From an uncultured delta proteobacterium (lineage in GTDB: Bacteria > Desulfobacterota > Syntrophia > Syntrophales > UBA2185), in the NCBI GenBank assembly GCA_963729715.1, contig CAVSPA010000004.1, positions 480,001 through 544,000 of the forward strand: 64,000 nt of DNA, given 5' to 3'. The translations under genes were made by a program, and so were the position numbers. Under the pieces are notes generated by a model. The model ran no database searches. It saw nothing but the letters and a program-made list of their open reading frames with translations, and was not told the origin of the DNA. This document shows, one piece after another, positions 43,125 through 51,610 of this stretch; position 1 is the first letter of the stretch; every line of letters starts with the position of its first letter.

Positions 43125-43994
43125 ATGAAAATTAAGAACCTCTTTTCTGAAAAGAGATTTATCCTTTCCTTTGAGGTCTTCCCGCCCAAGAGGGAAGGCA
43201 ATCTTGAAAGCCTGTATGTAACCATTACGGAACTGGGTGAATTGAAGCCTGATTTCATTTCCGTAACCTATGGAGCGGGAGGAAGCACAAGGGAGAAAAC
43301 CATAGAAATCTCCTCCAAAGTCAAGAATGGATTTAATCTCGAAGTGCTGGCCCATCTGACGTGTGTCCAGTCCACAAAGGATGACATAGCAATAATTCTC
43401 GACTCACTTAAAGAGGAAAATGTTGAGAACGTCCTTGCATTGAGGGGTGACCCGCCGGAGGGTATGGATCGATTCATAAAGACAGAAGGTGGGTTCGGGT
43501 ATGCGAACGAACTGGTTCAATTTATTAAGGCCCGAACTGACTTTTCAATAGGTGTAGCCGGTTATCCCGAAGGGCATATCGAAGCGCCCAGCCTGAAGGC
43601 AGATATGATTAATCTCAAGCGGAAGGTAGATGCGGGAGCAGACTTTATTATTACTCAACTATTCTTCAATAATGACGCCTTTTACACATTCCGGGATCAT
43701 GCGTTGGCGCTTGGAGTTAATATCCCCGTAATACCTGGAATCTTTCCCATCCTGAACTACAACCAGATGACACGTATTGTATCACTTGCCGGTGTCAGGA
43801 CACCCGCCAGACTTGTTGAGAGGCTCGAGAAGAACAAGGACAAGCCAGAAGAAATGGAAAAATATGGAATAGAATACGCGATCATTCAGGTTGATGATCT
43901 GATTAAGAACGAAATAGCCGGTCTCCACCTTTACTGCATGAATAAGAGCCATCCGGTAAAGAAAATATTAGCGGAGCTTTCTTTGTCGCGGTGA
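43125..43994 (+). CDS. metF: 5,10-methylenetetrahydrofolate reductase
   Basis: SFEVFPPK, SVTYGAGG, LALRGDPP, AGYPEGH, ITQLFF. Confidence 0.96.
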   Translation: MKIKNLFSEKRFILSFEVFPPKREGNLESLYVTITELGELKPDFISVTYGAGGSTREKTIEISSKVKNGFNLEVLAHLTCVQSTKDDIAIILDSLKEENVENVLALRGDPPEGMDRFIKTEGGFGYANELVQFIKARTDFSIGVAGYPEGHIEAPSLKADMINLKRKVDAGADFIITQLFFNNDAFYTFRDHALALGVNIPVIPGIFPILNYNQMTRIVSLAGVRTPARLVERLEKNKDKPEEMEKYGIEYAIIQVDDLIKNEIAGLHLYCMNKSHPVKKILAELSLSR

Positions 43995-44098
43995 CTAAGA
44001 AGAAATATAGATGCTGAGAAAGAAGTAGAGTATAGGGGACTTAAGGTTCATAAATATCTCGTTTCCATCGATTGTTATAAAGCTCCGCAGACATAACC

Positions 44099-44175
44099 GG
44101 GCGATTAGCTCAGTTGGATAGAGCGCTGGTCTCCGGAACCAGAGGCCCCGAGTTCAAATCTCGGATCGCCCGCCA
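44099..44175 (+). tRNA. tRNA-Arg(CCG)
   Basis: Acceptor GGGCGAT/ATCGCCC, D arm GCTC/GAGC, anticodon stem CTGGT/ACCAG with loop CTCCGGA, T loop GTTCAAATC, encoded CCA. Confidence 0.97.
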
Positions 44176-44179
44176 ATAA

Positions 44180-44252
44180 TATCAGAGAGTTAGCATACTT
44201 TATTTAAACTATGGCGAAATGTTGATAATTTTTTCCAACCCTATTTCCAACC
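44180..44252 (+). promoter_or_regulatory. att arm: IHF site and tandem arm-type repeats
   Basis: TATCAG-AGAG-TTA (IHF consensus WATCARNNNNTTR) at 44180-44192; TTTCCAACC twice, at 44232 and 44244. Confidence 0.5.
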
Positions 44253-44313
44253 TCGGGCATATGTAACTATTTTATGGTTTGCTTTATTCTCGTCTTTATG
44301 GTAGAAAATACCC

Positions 44314-44568
44314 ATGAACGCGAAACAGCAGAAAACGCTCTCGCTGATCTTTGAAAAACCGACGCGATCCGATATTACATGGCAGGAAACCGCTTCGCTT
44401 CTCCTTGCTGCAGGCGCTGTAATGAAAAAGGGTCGGGGATCGCGTGTCAGGTTTAAATGCCGTGGTTACAGCCTGCATGTTCATGCTCCGCACCCTGAAA
44501 GGGTAGTGTCGAAAAGCACTGTGGACGCGGTAAGAGATTTTTTGAGAGATATAGGAGTAACACCATGA
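44314..44568 (+). CDS. hicA: HicA-family toxin
   Basis: IFEKPTRSDITW, GRGSRVRF, HAPHP; overlaps hicB start. Confidence 0.9.
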   Translation: MNAKQQKTLSLIFEKPTRSDITWQETASLLLAAGAVMKKGRGSRVRFKCRGYSLHVHAPHPERVVSKSTVDAVRDFLRDIGVTP

Positions 44569-44915
44569 AAAATGTATTGCAGCACAAAGGATATGCTGGC
44601 AATGTTCAATTTGATGCCGATGAAATGATCTTCCATGGCCGTGTCATGGGTCTGAAAAAAGCCCATATCAGCTATGAGGGGAAAACCGTTGACGAGCTTC
44701 TGAAGGATTTCAAGAATGCCGTTAACGACTATCTTGATATGTGCGCCGAAGACGGCATTGAACCTGAAAAGCCTTTCAAAGGGTCTTTCAACCTTCGTCT
44801 TGATCCCGATCTTCATAAGCGTCTGGTAGTCAATGCCTTGAATGAAGGGAAAACCCTAAACGCCTTTGTCAAAGACGTCCTGGAAAGGGCGGTTACCAAA
44901 ATTCAGCATGCCTGA
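44565..44915 (+). CDS. hicB: HicB-family antitoxin
   Basis: HKGY.G.V.FD, F..AVNDYL..C, PEKPFKGSFNLRL RHH domain. Confidence 0.92.
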   Translation: MKNVLQHKGYAGNVQFDADEMIFHGRVMGLKKAHISYEGKTVDELLKDFKNAVNDYLDMCAEDGIEPEKPFKGSFNLRLDPDLHKRLVVNALNEGKTLNAFVKDVLERAVTKIQHA

Positions 44916-45452
44916 AAATGTCCGTAAAATACCCGTCCGGCTACTGCCTTCTTCCTTGTTGTTTTTCTGATTCTGTTCGTCCATACTATATTTCAATCGG
45001 AGATGAATGAAAGCCTTAACTGATAAGGATCTTCGGTGATGCATGCTGTGAATCCTTGCAGAACCTGCCTTGGCCGCATCTTCGCTCTGAAAGCGGCGCT
45101 AACGCTCTACTGACAGAAGCGTAACGTGGCTTTTCTCTGCAGGCGGTGATTACAGGCGAGGCCATTGCTGGAAACAAGCAATGACGCACCTTCGGAGAGC
45201 GCTCGTAACAGGGATGAACATACTTGTTGATAAGATTGTTGATGACCATGTTGATGAATCACAAAAACCATCAATTATCGATGATTTTACCCTCTTTGCG
45301 TGAATCTTAGGCAAGGGAATTAATGAATAATTAAAACCGGCTGTTGTGTCGGAGCAGGTGTTTTCAGCCAAGCACTCTTTCCTGAAGCCTTGATTTTTCT
45401 ATTTTACCCTTTTATGCTACATTACAATTGGAAATAAATAGAAGCGGTTCCC

Positions 45453-45614
45453 ATGTCGAGAAAAAAGTTTATCATGATCGGAATGGTTATAGGCTCCGTA
45501 GCAGGAGGGTATGCACCTATGCTGCTCGGTGCTGACTCAATTTCCGCTTCGTTGATAGGAAGTGCCATTGGTGGATTACTTGGCATATGGGGAGCCTACA
45601 AGCTCCATGAATAA
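45453..45614 (+). CDS. Small Gly-rich two-helix membrane protein (53 aa, not in ORF track)
   Basis: MSRKKFIMIGMVIGSVAGGYAPMLLGADSISASLIGSAIGGLLGIWGAYKLHE*; upstream TTGATT-17 bp-TATGCT. Confidence 0.7.
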   Translation: MSRKKFIMIGMVIGSVAGGYAPMLLGADSISASLIGSAIGGLLGIWGAYKLHE

Positions 45615-45643
45615 ATAGGCGCTTCTCCATGAAGGAATTGCTG

Positions 45644-45659
45644 AGAACTTCCTGAAGTC
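45644..45659 (+). repeat. AGAACTTCCTGAAGTC boundary motif (identical copy at 53290-53305)
   Basis: 16/16 identity with 53290-53305; partial copies at 45379, 47185-47206 and 53070-53085. Confidence 0.7.
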
Positions 45660-45740
45660 CGCAAAACGTTAATCTTGCTGAAGATGTTCTATTTCAATGC
45701 GTAATGATCACATCTGTCGCGATCCCGACTGACAAAATCT

Positions 45741-45810
45741 CCTTAACATACAAGACCGCTTTGCTCACCCTAAGCCCCATGCAAAGCAACTTCTTATCAA
45801 TCGGTTCGGC
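45741..45810 (-). repeat. Possible degenerate attC after the lipoprotein gene
   Basis: Minus strand: GCCGAAC 2 nt after the stop codon ... GCTTTGC/GCAAAGC stem ... GTTAAGG; spacers non-canonical. Confidence 0.35.
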
Positions 45811-45812
45811 AT

Positions 45813-46817
45813 CTATTTGAGTTCTGGGAATTTACAAACTACACTCGCTAGTTTTTTGAGATAATTCGCATCGGTAATATCTGGGAATACTTGCTGCTTG
45901 ATATAAACCACTTCCGACGTTTTTGTATCTATGACATACCAGGTAACGAGTGTGCCAGAGTCCGGATTAAAGGCAGCGGGGTCATAATAACCACGGCTCG
46001 CGGTCTCGTTGGCGGCCCCCATCACAGACAGGACAAAATTGCCAACACTACGCCCCGTGGTTTCGGTCACGCATTTGCTCGACATATACAGCAGATAGCG
46101 GCTGTCGATCCCCGCCTGTTTTTTATAGCTGTTGATAAACGTATTCAATCCATCAACATTGCTGTTCAGATAAGGGGGCAGACTATAATACGGTAGTCTT
46201 TCTGCGTTCAAATTTGAAAGGTATTTGTGCATCTCTTTCGTAAGAGTAGACCAGTCCTTACCTTGGGTGTCATCCATAATCGCCCGCCGAATTTTGTTGT
46301 TGCCGTCGCACGTTTTTGTTAATTCGACAGTAAGGTCATCGGTTACTTTCTTAGAGACTTCAGGAGAGTATTCTTTTTTATCCATCCTTCCGAGTCCCGA
46401 GTGGATAATAACTTCAACGAAGGGTGGCAGCAAGGTAAACGTCCCCGTAGACAGGTCCTCTTTTTTAAATGAGACCTCCTCGGACACCCCATCAATCCTC
46501 TTCAAATCAAAGAAGATTGCAGTGTCTGACTCCTTTGTCACCAGAGAGGTCGCAGAAGTATAGCCTCTTTTTTCCACTGTAAATTTTGCTTTTGTATCGT
46601 CACCTATGAACGTTATCGGCGTTGTTTTGGGTGTTACTCCCATAGGAGTAACACTATGAATGCTTTGATCTTGTGAAAGCACAAAACCTCCTTCCGGTTG
46701 CAGCAGAATTAAACTGCCCTTCGGGTTTGAATCGACGATAAAATTCTTGGTAGTGCCGCAGGCGCTTGCAACCATGGTTATCAATACCAATAACCCAAGG
46801 AACAATGCTCTTTTCAT
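45813..46817 (-). CDS. Putative lipoprotein with N-terminal PEGA-like region
   Basis: Lipobox ASAC; VDSNPKG...GVTP...VEKRGY pattern; RBS GGGAGG. Confidence 0.75.
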   Translation of the reverse strand: MKRALFLGLLVLITMVASACGTTKNFIVDSNPKGSLILLQPEGGFVLSQDQSIHSVTPMGVTPKTTPITFIGDDTKAKFTVEKRGYTSATSLVTKESDTAIFFDLKRIDGVSEEVSFKKEDLSTGTFTLLPPFVEVIIHSGLGRMDKKEYSPEVSKKVTDDLTVELTKTCDGNNKIRRAIMDDTQGKDWSTLTKEMHKYLSNLNAERLPYYSLPPYLNSNVDGLNTFINSYKKQAGIDSRYLLYMSSKCVTETTGRSVGNFVLSVMGAANETASRGYYDPAAFNPDSGTLVTWYVIDTKTSEVVYIKQQVFPDITDANYLKKLASVVCKFPELK

Positions 46818-47804
46818 AATACCCTCCCTAATAATTATCGCGTATTGGCAATGAAAACGCCTATTACTAATACTATCGCATTAACTATCTATGTGCAAGC
46901 AAAACGCGAAACAATTTCAGTTTTGAGGTAACACATTATCTTCGATATTTACGCCAAGTATTGTTGCACAAGGTTGAATGCCTCTTGCCGTTGTGGCAGG
47001 CATGCATGTCAGTCTAAAAACAACGGCATGAAGAAGGGGACGAATTGCTCTATGGGGGGAGGACCTGGACGGGCAGAAAATTGGAGCTAGAAATTACCCA
47101 TTAGATCAAGGGCAATAGCGGGACTGACTTATTGATTATGGATACAAAGGCGCAATGACTAAACAGCCGGCTTCTGGGGTGCGATGGTTATCTGGAACTT
47201 CCTGAAATGTTCTTTTTCTAATTCAACCCATTTATGCAGCATTTCTCCTGAAAATTAATTATCCAAATAGTACCTCCTCTTTACATGTGGAGTAGCCAGT
47301 TGAGGTTTTAAAAATTTCTCCTGCGTGCTCTATGGCAACATTGGTTTGTTCTTATAACTGGCTTAGGTCAGTTTCAAATCCGGGGTCTTAAACCACCAGT
47401 AATGATCGACCTTTGTTCCACGGTATTCAAACTATGCCATCTAATAAACGAACAGGGGCCTCGGATGCAACCATAATTTTCATTCTTTTTTGTGCCGACT
47501 GGTCGGCATGGGGGTTTCATATGGTGATGGGCGACCGCTTTTAAAAAACAAAGTCTAGTCATATCTTTTTCCGAAAGTAATTTCTGGAACTCCGGAAGCG
47601 TACCATTATGAGCCTTTACCAATATAGCTTTTACCTTATTATCACAAAATACCATAAGCATGAATCTGGTTCCCATTGATTTTAAAACACAAATTTGCAT
47701 TCTAATTTTTTGAGAAATGAAGTATATTTGCAAAGATATTCTTAAAATACCAGTTTAGCATATTAAGTGTTGGACTACATAATAAACGATGTCCGGAGGG
47801 CACA

Positions 47805-48326
47805 ATGGGAAAAATGAACGAGCTTCGTAAGCATCTTCTGTATCTTATGATTGTCTATTTATTAGTAATTGGCTTCTTTACTATTGCATTAGCTGATCAA
47901 AAGGGAAGAGCGTTCCATGTAGGAGAAGTAGTTCAGGGCGATATATATGGGATTAATGTAATAAAGGCTGAGATACAGAACGAGTTTGAAGATATGCATG
48001 GTAGGATTTCCCCATCTCAGTCCAACCATAAATTGCTCGTGTTAGAAGTTAGGTTCTACGAGAATGGAAACCCATTGAAAGACAAAACCAAGGAAGAGGG
48101 AGAGATACTTAAACTTTCTATCATTGATGCACGTGGTCGTATATTTCCAACACCACTAACTGAATCTAATAAGGTAGTATTCAGATATATACTTTATGGA
48201 AAAGACCCGAAGGAAGCATATGAAAAAGAAGGATTCATATATCAAGTGTTCTTCTCCGTACCAAAGAATAGCTCTGGATTTAAACTACAATATCGAAATT
48301 TACCACAAGTTAGTTTAGGTTTATAA
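47805..48326 (+). CDS. Cassette-borne secreted protein (DUF4352-like Ig fold?)
   Basis: Signal peptide, RBS GGAGG, C-terminal FFSVPK; preceded by GTTGGAC (47769), followed by attC. Confidence 0.75.
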   Translation: MGKMNELRKHLLYLMIVYLLVIGFFTIALADQKGRAFHVGEVVQGDIYGINVIKAEIQNEFEDMHGRISPSQSNHKLLVLEVRFYENGNPLKDKTKEEGEILKLSIIDARGRIFPTPLTESNKVVFRYILYGKDPKEAYEKEGFIYQVFFSVPKNSSGFKLQYRNLPQVSLGL

Positions 48327-48416
48327 GAGAGAACATTGGGTAAATATCCGGATATCTGGAGTGAGGGTAGCGGAGTCAGTCCATGGCAGTGGACAGGATG
48401 AAAACCATTAACCATT

Positions 48417-48473
48417 GCCCAACAAGATAATCCAGCGGACGTCTTACAGTCGCCGCTGATTTTTGTGTTGAGG
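48417..48473 (+). repeat. Integron attC site (57 bp)
   Basis: R'' GCCCAAC, L'' ATCCAGCGG pairing with L' CCGCTGAT with the expected extrahelical bases, R' GTTGAGG. Confidence 0.8.
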
Positions 48474-48674
48474 TTACAGGAAAAGTCCCGACAAGTTTTT
48501 TTCGGCAGACACGCACAGAAAAGTGCTCTCGCAAGGGGCTCCACAATCGACGATCTCATGCTCGGAAAGAGTAATGCGACCCCTTGAAAATATCATCAGG
48601 GCCATTTTTTCTACAGACTCGTTGGACCAATATACAACGAACTGAGCTCTTGTAAGAATTGCAAGGAGGACAAA

Positions 48675-49205
48675 ATGAAGAGATTTTTCTTGATATTTCT
48701 GGCGGCAGCGTTATTGACCATTGTTGTTTCTCTGCATGGATATCGCCTTTGGGCGGAGTCTCCAACCAGTGAAAACAAGAAAGTAAAAATCACAGCAAAA
48801 TCCGTTACAGGCCCCATGAATAACATCAAGGCCGGACAACGGACTGACTCCTCCGAGGCTACAGCCACCAACTGCTCTATAATTCTCGATCTATCAGAGG
48901 ATAAAACAAGCATTACAAAGGTTACCTTCTCTGTGGGTGAAGTAAAGTGGAAAATCAAAACACCCGGTTATGATACCACCGGAACAAGTTCCGGGGAAAA
49001 TCTCTATCTCAACGGTCCTTTTCCAATTAGAAACAATAGTTTTAAAACAGGGGACGTGAGAGGCACGCCTTCCTCCGCAAATGGCAGATTTATTTCCTCA
49101 AAAGAAGCCAGAGGTTCTGCGCATCTTTACAGTCAAGAGCTTGTCGGGGGCCAACTAATTAATTTAGACTTGGGCGAATGGCAATGGAAAGCGACGGCAA
49201 AATAA
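48675..49205 (+). CDS. Cassette-like secreted hypothetical protein
   Basis: Signal peptide, RBS AGGAGG, GTTGGAC core at 48621-48627. Confidence 0.72.
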   Translation: MKRFFLIFLAAALLTIVVSLHGYRLWAESPTSENKKVKITAKSVTGPMNNIKAGQRTDSSEATATNCSIILDLSEDKTSITKVTFSVGEVKWKIKTPGYDTTGTSSGENLYLNGPFPIRNNSFKTGDVRGTPSSANGRFISSKEARGSAHLYSQELVGGQLINLDLGEWQWKATAK

Positions 49206-49248
49206 AGGAGTTTTTATCCACGTGGCTGTTAGACGCAAGGAGGCAAAG

Positions 49249-49797
49249 ATGATTGCCGAAAAACAGAAATTAAAATTTACGCGTATTCAGATTGTCCAAG
49301 TCGGAGTTATTCTTGGTGCAATGCTTTTTGTCATCGGGTCAGCATTAGCGTTGGCAGGCGTAAGAATAGTCAATCCCTTACATGGGAATGCCAAAATCAA
49401 AGGGGAGGATGTCAGTTACTACTACTACGGAGCGAAAATTATGGCTGACGCAGAAACAACCTTGATTTTCAAACAAGGTAAATGTTCCATCTCCGATAAG
49501 AAGGGCAAGCAATACTCGCAATGCTGGATTCATGTAGCTGGGGGATCTGCTGGTTTATCATTCAACAAGCAGGGACCACTAAGTATAAAGACATTAGGCG
49601 TCGAGCTTGAGGGCGGAAAATCTTCCGGCGCTGTTCAATGGAACACTTCAATGGTAGATGGACCAGAGGGTGCACTTGAATTCAAGATTCCCAAAGGAGG
49701 TTACGTCGTTCTCAACTTCCTGTGGGAAGTGCCAAAAGGATTTGCTCCCAAACGCATCAAGATTGGCAATCTTATTGATGTCTCTTTACAAAAATAG
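49249..49797 (+). CDS. Cassette-borne secreted/membrane-anchored protein
   Basis: GTTAGAC core at 49228-49234, RBS AGGAGG, N-terminal TM, C-terminal FLWEVPK. Confidence 0.72.
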   Translation: MIAEKQKLKFTRIQIVQVGVILGAMLFVIGSALALAGVRIVNPLHGNAKIKGEDVSYYYYGAKIMADAETTLIFKQGKCSISDKKGKQYSQCWIHVAGGSAGLSFNKQGPLSIKTLGVELEGGKSSGAVQWNTSMVDGPEGALEFKIPKGGYVVLNFLWEVPKGFAPKRIKIGNLIDVSLQK

Positions 49798-49816
49798 GTC
49801 TGTAGTGAGAGACGAT

Positions 49817-49879
49817 TTTTAACAACGCCATGCGGCGAATCGTCTATAAATCCGGATCTCGCTAATTTTTGTGTTAGAA
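49817..49879 (+). repeat. Integron attC site (63 bp, slightly degenerate)
   Basis: TTTTAAC-AACGCC-ATGCGGCG ... CGCTAAT-TTTTGT-GTTAGAA; right half nearly identical to attC at 48417. Confidence 0.7.
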
Positions 49880-49891
49880 AAGGAGAACACT

Positions 49892-50386
49892 ATGAAATTG
49901 CGTCAATACCACCTAGTAATTTATCTTTTGGTCATCTATTTCAGTGCGTGCCTATTCTGTATAGACTTCAGTGAAGCGGCTCAGTTCGAATCAAATCTCA
50001 GATTGGGAACACAAATTGATACGGGGCCCGGTAAGGTCAAAATTACAAAGGTAGCGGAGGCTACGAAAACACCGATTAATGCACGTAACCCAAAGAATGA
50101 CAGTAATAGGTTTGTCGTCATTGAAACAATAGTAACAGCTATAGATAAAGGCTCGACGTTAAATAACATAGCATTTACGCTTGTTACCCGTAAGAAAGTT
50201 CGTTTTGATACTCCTGGTGCTTATGGAAAGGTGAAGGTTTTTGATAAGTTGTCTAATTATGAGGCGACTGATGGGGCTGTAGTATACGCTTCTGCCATCG
50301 GAGATTCGTTGAACCTCTTTTTTGAAGTGCCTCAAGACATCAGAATTAACGATCTCAGATTGATTTATGATGCCTCGAAGAAATAG
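49892..50386 (+). CDS. Cassette-borne secreted protein (DUF4352-like Ig fold?)
   Basis: RBS AGGAGA right after attC R', signal peptide, RFVVIET...LFFEVPQ. Confidence 0.75.
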   Translation: MKLRQYHLVIYLLVIYFSACLFCIDFSEAAQFESNLRLGTQIDTGPGKVKITKVAEATKTPINARNPKNDSNRFVVIETIVTAIDKGSTLNNIAFTLVTRKKVRFDTPGAYGKVKVFDKLSNYEATDGAVVYASAIGDSLNLFFEVPQDIRINDLRLIYDASKK

Positions 50387-50516
50387 ATGGATTGGTCGAA
50401 TTCAAGAAGAAGTAGAAACACAAGCGTGAGATCAGACAGAAAAGTGGTGACGTTCAAGCGTTTGACAAAACTGAGAAATGAGCTTTGCTAAAACAACCGG
50501 ATTACCCGACTTTCCT

Positions 50517-50768
50517 ATGAAAAAATCATGGATTGTATATCTTCTCAGTTGTTCCGATGGGAAAATTTACACGGGAGTTACTAATGATTTAGAGAAGAGA
50601 TTAGAAGCCCACAATAAAGGAACTGCTTCAAAGTTTACCCGTGCGAGATTGCCCGTAACGCTGTTGGCCACAAGTCGATTGATTGAGAAAGAAGATGCTT
50701 TTCGGCTGGAACACAGGATCAAGCGTCTACCCAGAGAGAAGAAACTGAACGCCATAAAAGATGGGTAG
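50517..50768 (+). CDS. Small GIY-YIG nuclease (YhbQ/UPF0213-like)
   Basis: VYLLSC.DG..YTGVT..L..RL..HN.G...KFT, A...E..IK. Confidence 0.9.
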   Translation: MKKSWIVYLLSCSDGKIYTGVTNDLEKRLEAHNKGTASKFTRARLPVTLLATSRLIEKEDAFRLEHRIKRLPREKKLNAIKDG

Positions 50769-50815
50769 GCAGAAAATAGGATCATGAAAAGATTTTTTAT
50801 TTTGGAAGGATGATC

Positions 50816-51052
50816 TCAGATATCTTTTCTCCTCCGCCAGGCATCCTGATATAGCCTGCCGATACAGAGAAATATGGCCAGGAAAAATAATCCTAACATA
50901 AAGTTGGGAGAAGTGCCCAGAAGCTCGTCCAGCTTATATCCCGCATAGAGGAAGAGGAAAGAGGCAATCACAATCACAAACCCCCATGAACTCAGCATGA
51001 AAATCGCTCTGTACATTTTGTGGTCCTGGTGTGTCTTGTGACTCGCTATCAT
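50816..51052 (-). CDS. AtpZ/AtpI-family small membrane protein
   Basis: Two TM helices with G.KLD..LGT.P motif. Confidence 0.75.
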   Translation of the reverse strand: MIASHKTHQDHKMYRAIFMLSSWGFVIVIASFLFLYAGYKLDELLGTSPNFMLGLFFLAIFLCIGRLYQDAWRRRKDI

Positions 51053-51119
51053 GGCCTTAACCTCCTTTCCCTTCAGGGTTGATCACCATACCGGCATGAA
51101 AACCGGTATGATGGTCTTC

Positions 51120-51395
51120 TTAGCTTACGAGGGTCTTAATGGCATTGAAAACCGGAGCCGTGAACAGGGCGATGAGAATTGTGTACATTGCAAATATGCC
51201 TATCAGCTCACCGGCATAAAACCTCGAATATTTGTGCTTCAGAGAGATGATCGTCATCCCGCCGACAATCAGACATCCAAGTTGAAAATAAGGGAATTCG
51301 CTCACGCCTGATATTGCATACTCAGCAAAACCGAATGTAGCTGTCGTCAGCACCACAAATATTGCCAGGACTAATGTTTTAAGTGTCTTTTTCAT
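51120..51395 (-). CDS. Hypothetical small membrane protein
   Basis: Signal peptide plus two TM helices, RBS AGGAG, downstream of a sigma54 promoter. Confidence 0.7.
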   Translation of the reverse strand: MKKTLKTLVLAIFVVLTTATFGFAEYAISGVSEFPYFQLGCLIVGGMTIISLKHKYSRFYAGELIGIFAMYTILIALFTAPVFNAIKTLVS

Positions 51396-51441
51396 GATCT
51401 GTTTTCTCCTTTGTAGTTGATTTGTTTTGAGTTATATTACC

Positions 51442-51497
51442 GCATTAACCATGCCAGCTTTGCGAGTTCAGAGGATAAATCTTATAACATCTTGATT
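51442..51497 (-). promoter_or_regulatory. Sigma54 (-24/-12) promoter with upstream IHF site
   Basis: Minus strand TGGCATGGTTAATGC (GG-N10-GC) at 51456-51442; AATCAAGATGTTA at 51497-51485. Confidence 0.72.
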
Positions 51498-51610
51498 GTA
51501 CCAAGCTATTGTGAATTGAAACGATTTGGGGACAGCGCTTCAGACCCCTGAAAAGGGGGAGTTATTTAAAGAAGCGTTAAACGACATTTAATGAAACAGA
51601 GACGGGATGG

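Noticed and set aside
45016..45371. ORFs 45016-45249 and 45150-45371, and a long attC starting at CGCTAAC
   Set aside because: No recognisable motifs or RBS, and no matching GTT end with proper stem geometry.
47374..47733. 119-aa ORF as a functional gene
   Set aside because: Atypical composition and no RBS; at most a short internal segment may be an integrase remnant.
48486..48627. Additional complete attC before the second cassette
   Set aside because: TCCCGAC looks like a decayed R'' and GTTGGAC is a core site, but I could not find pairing L boxes.
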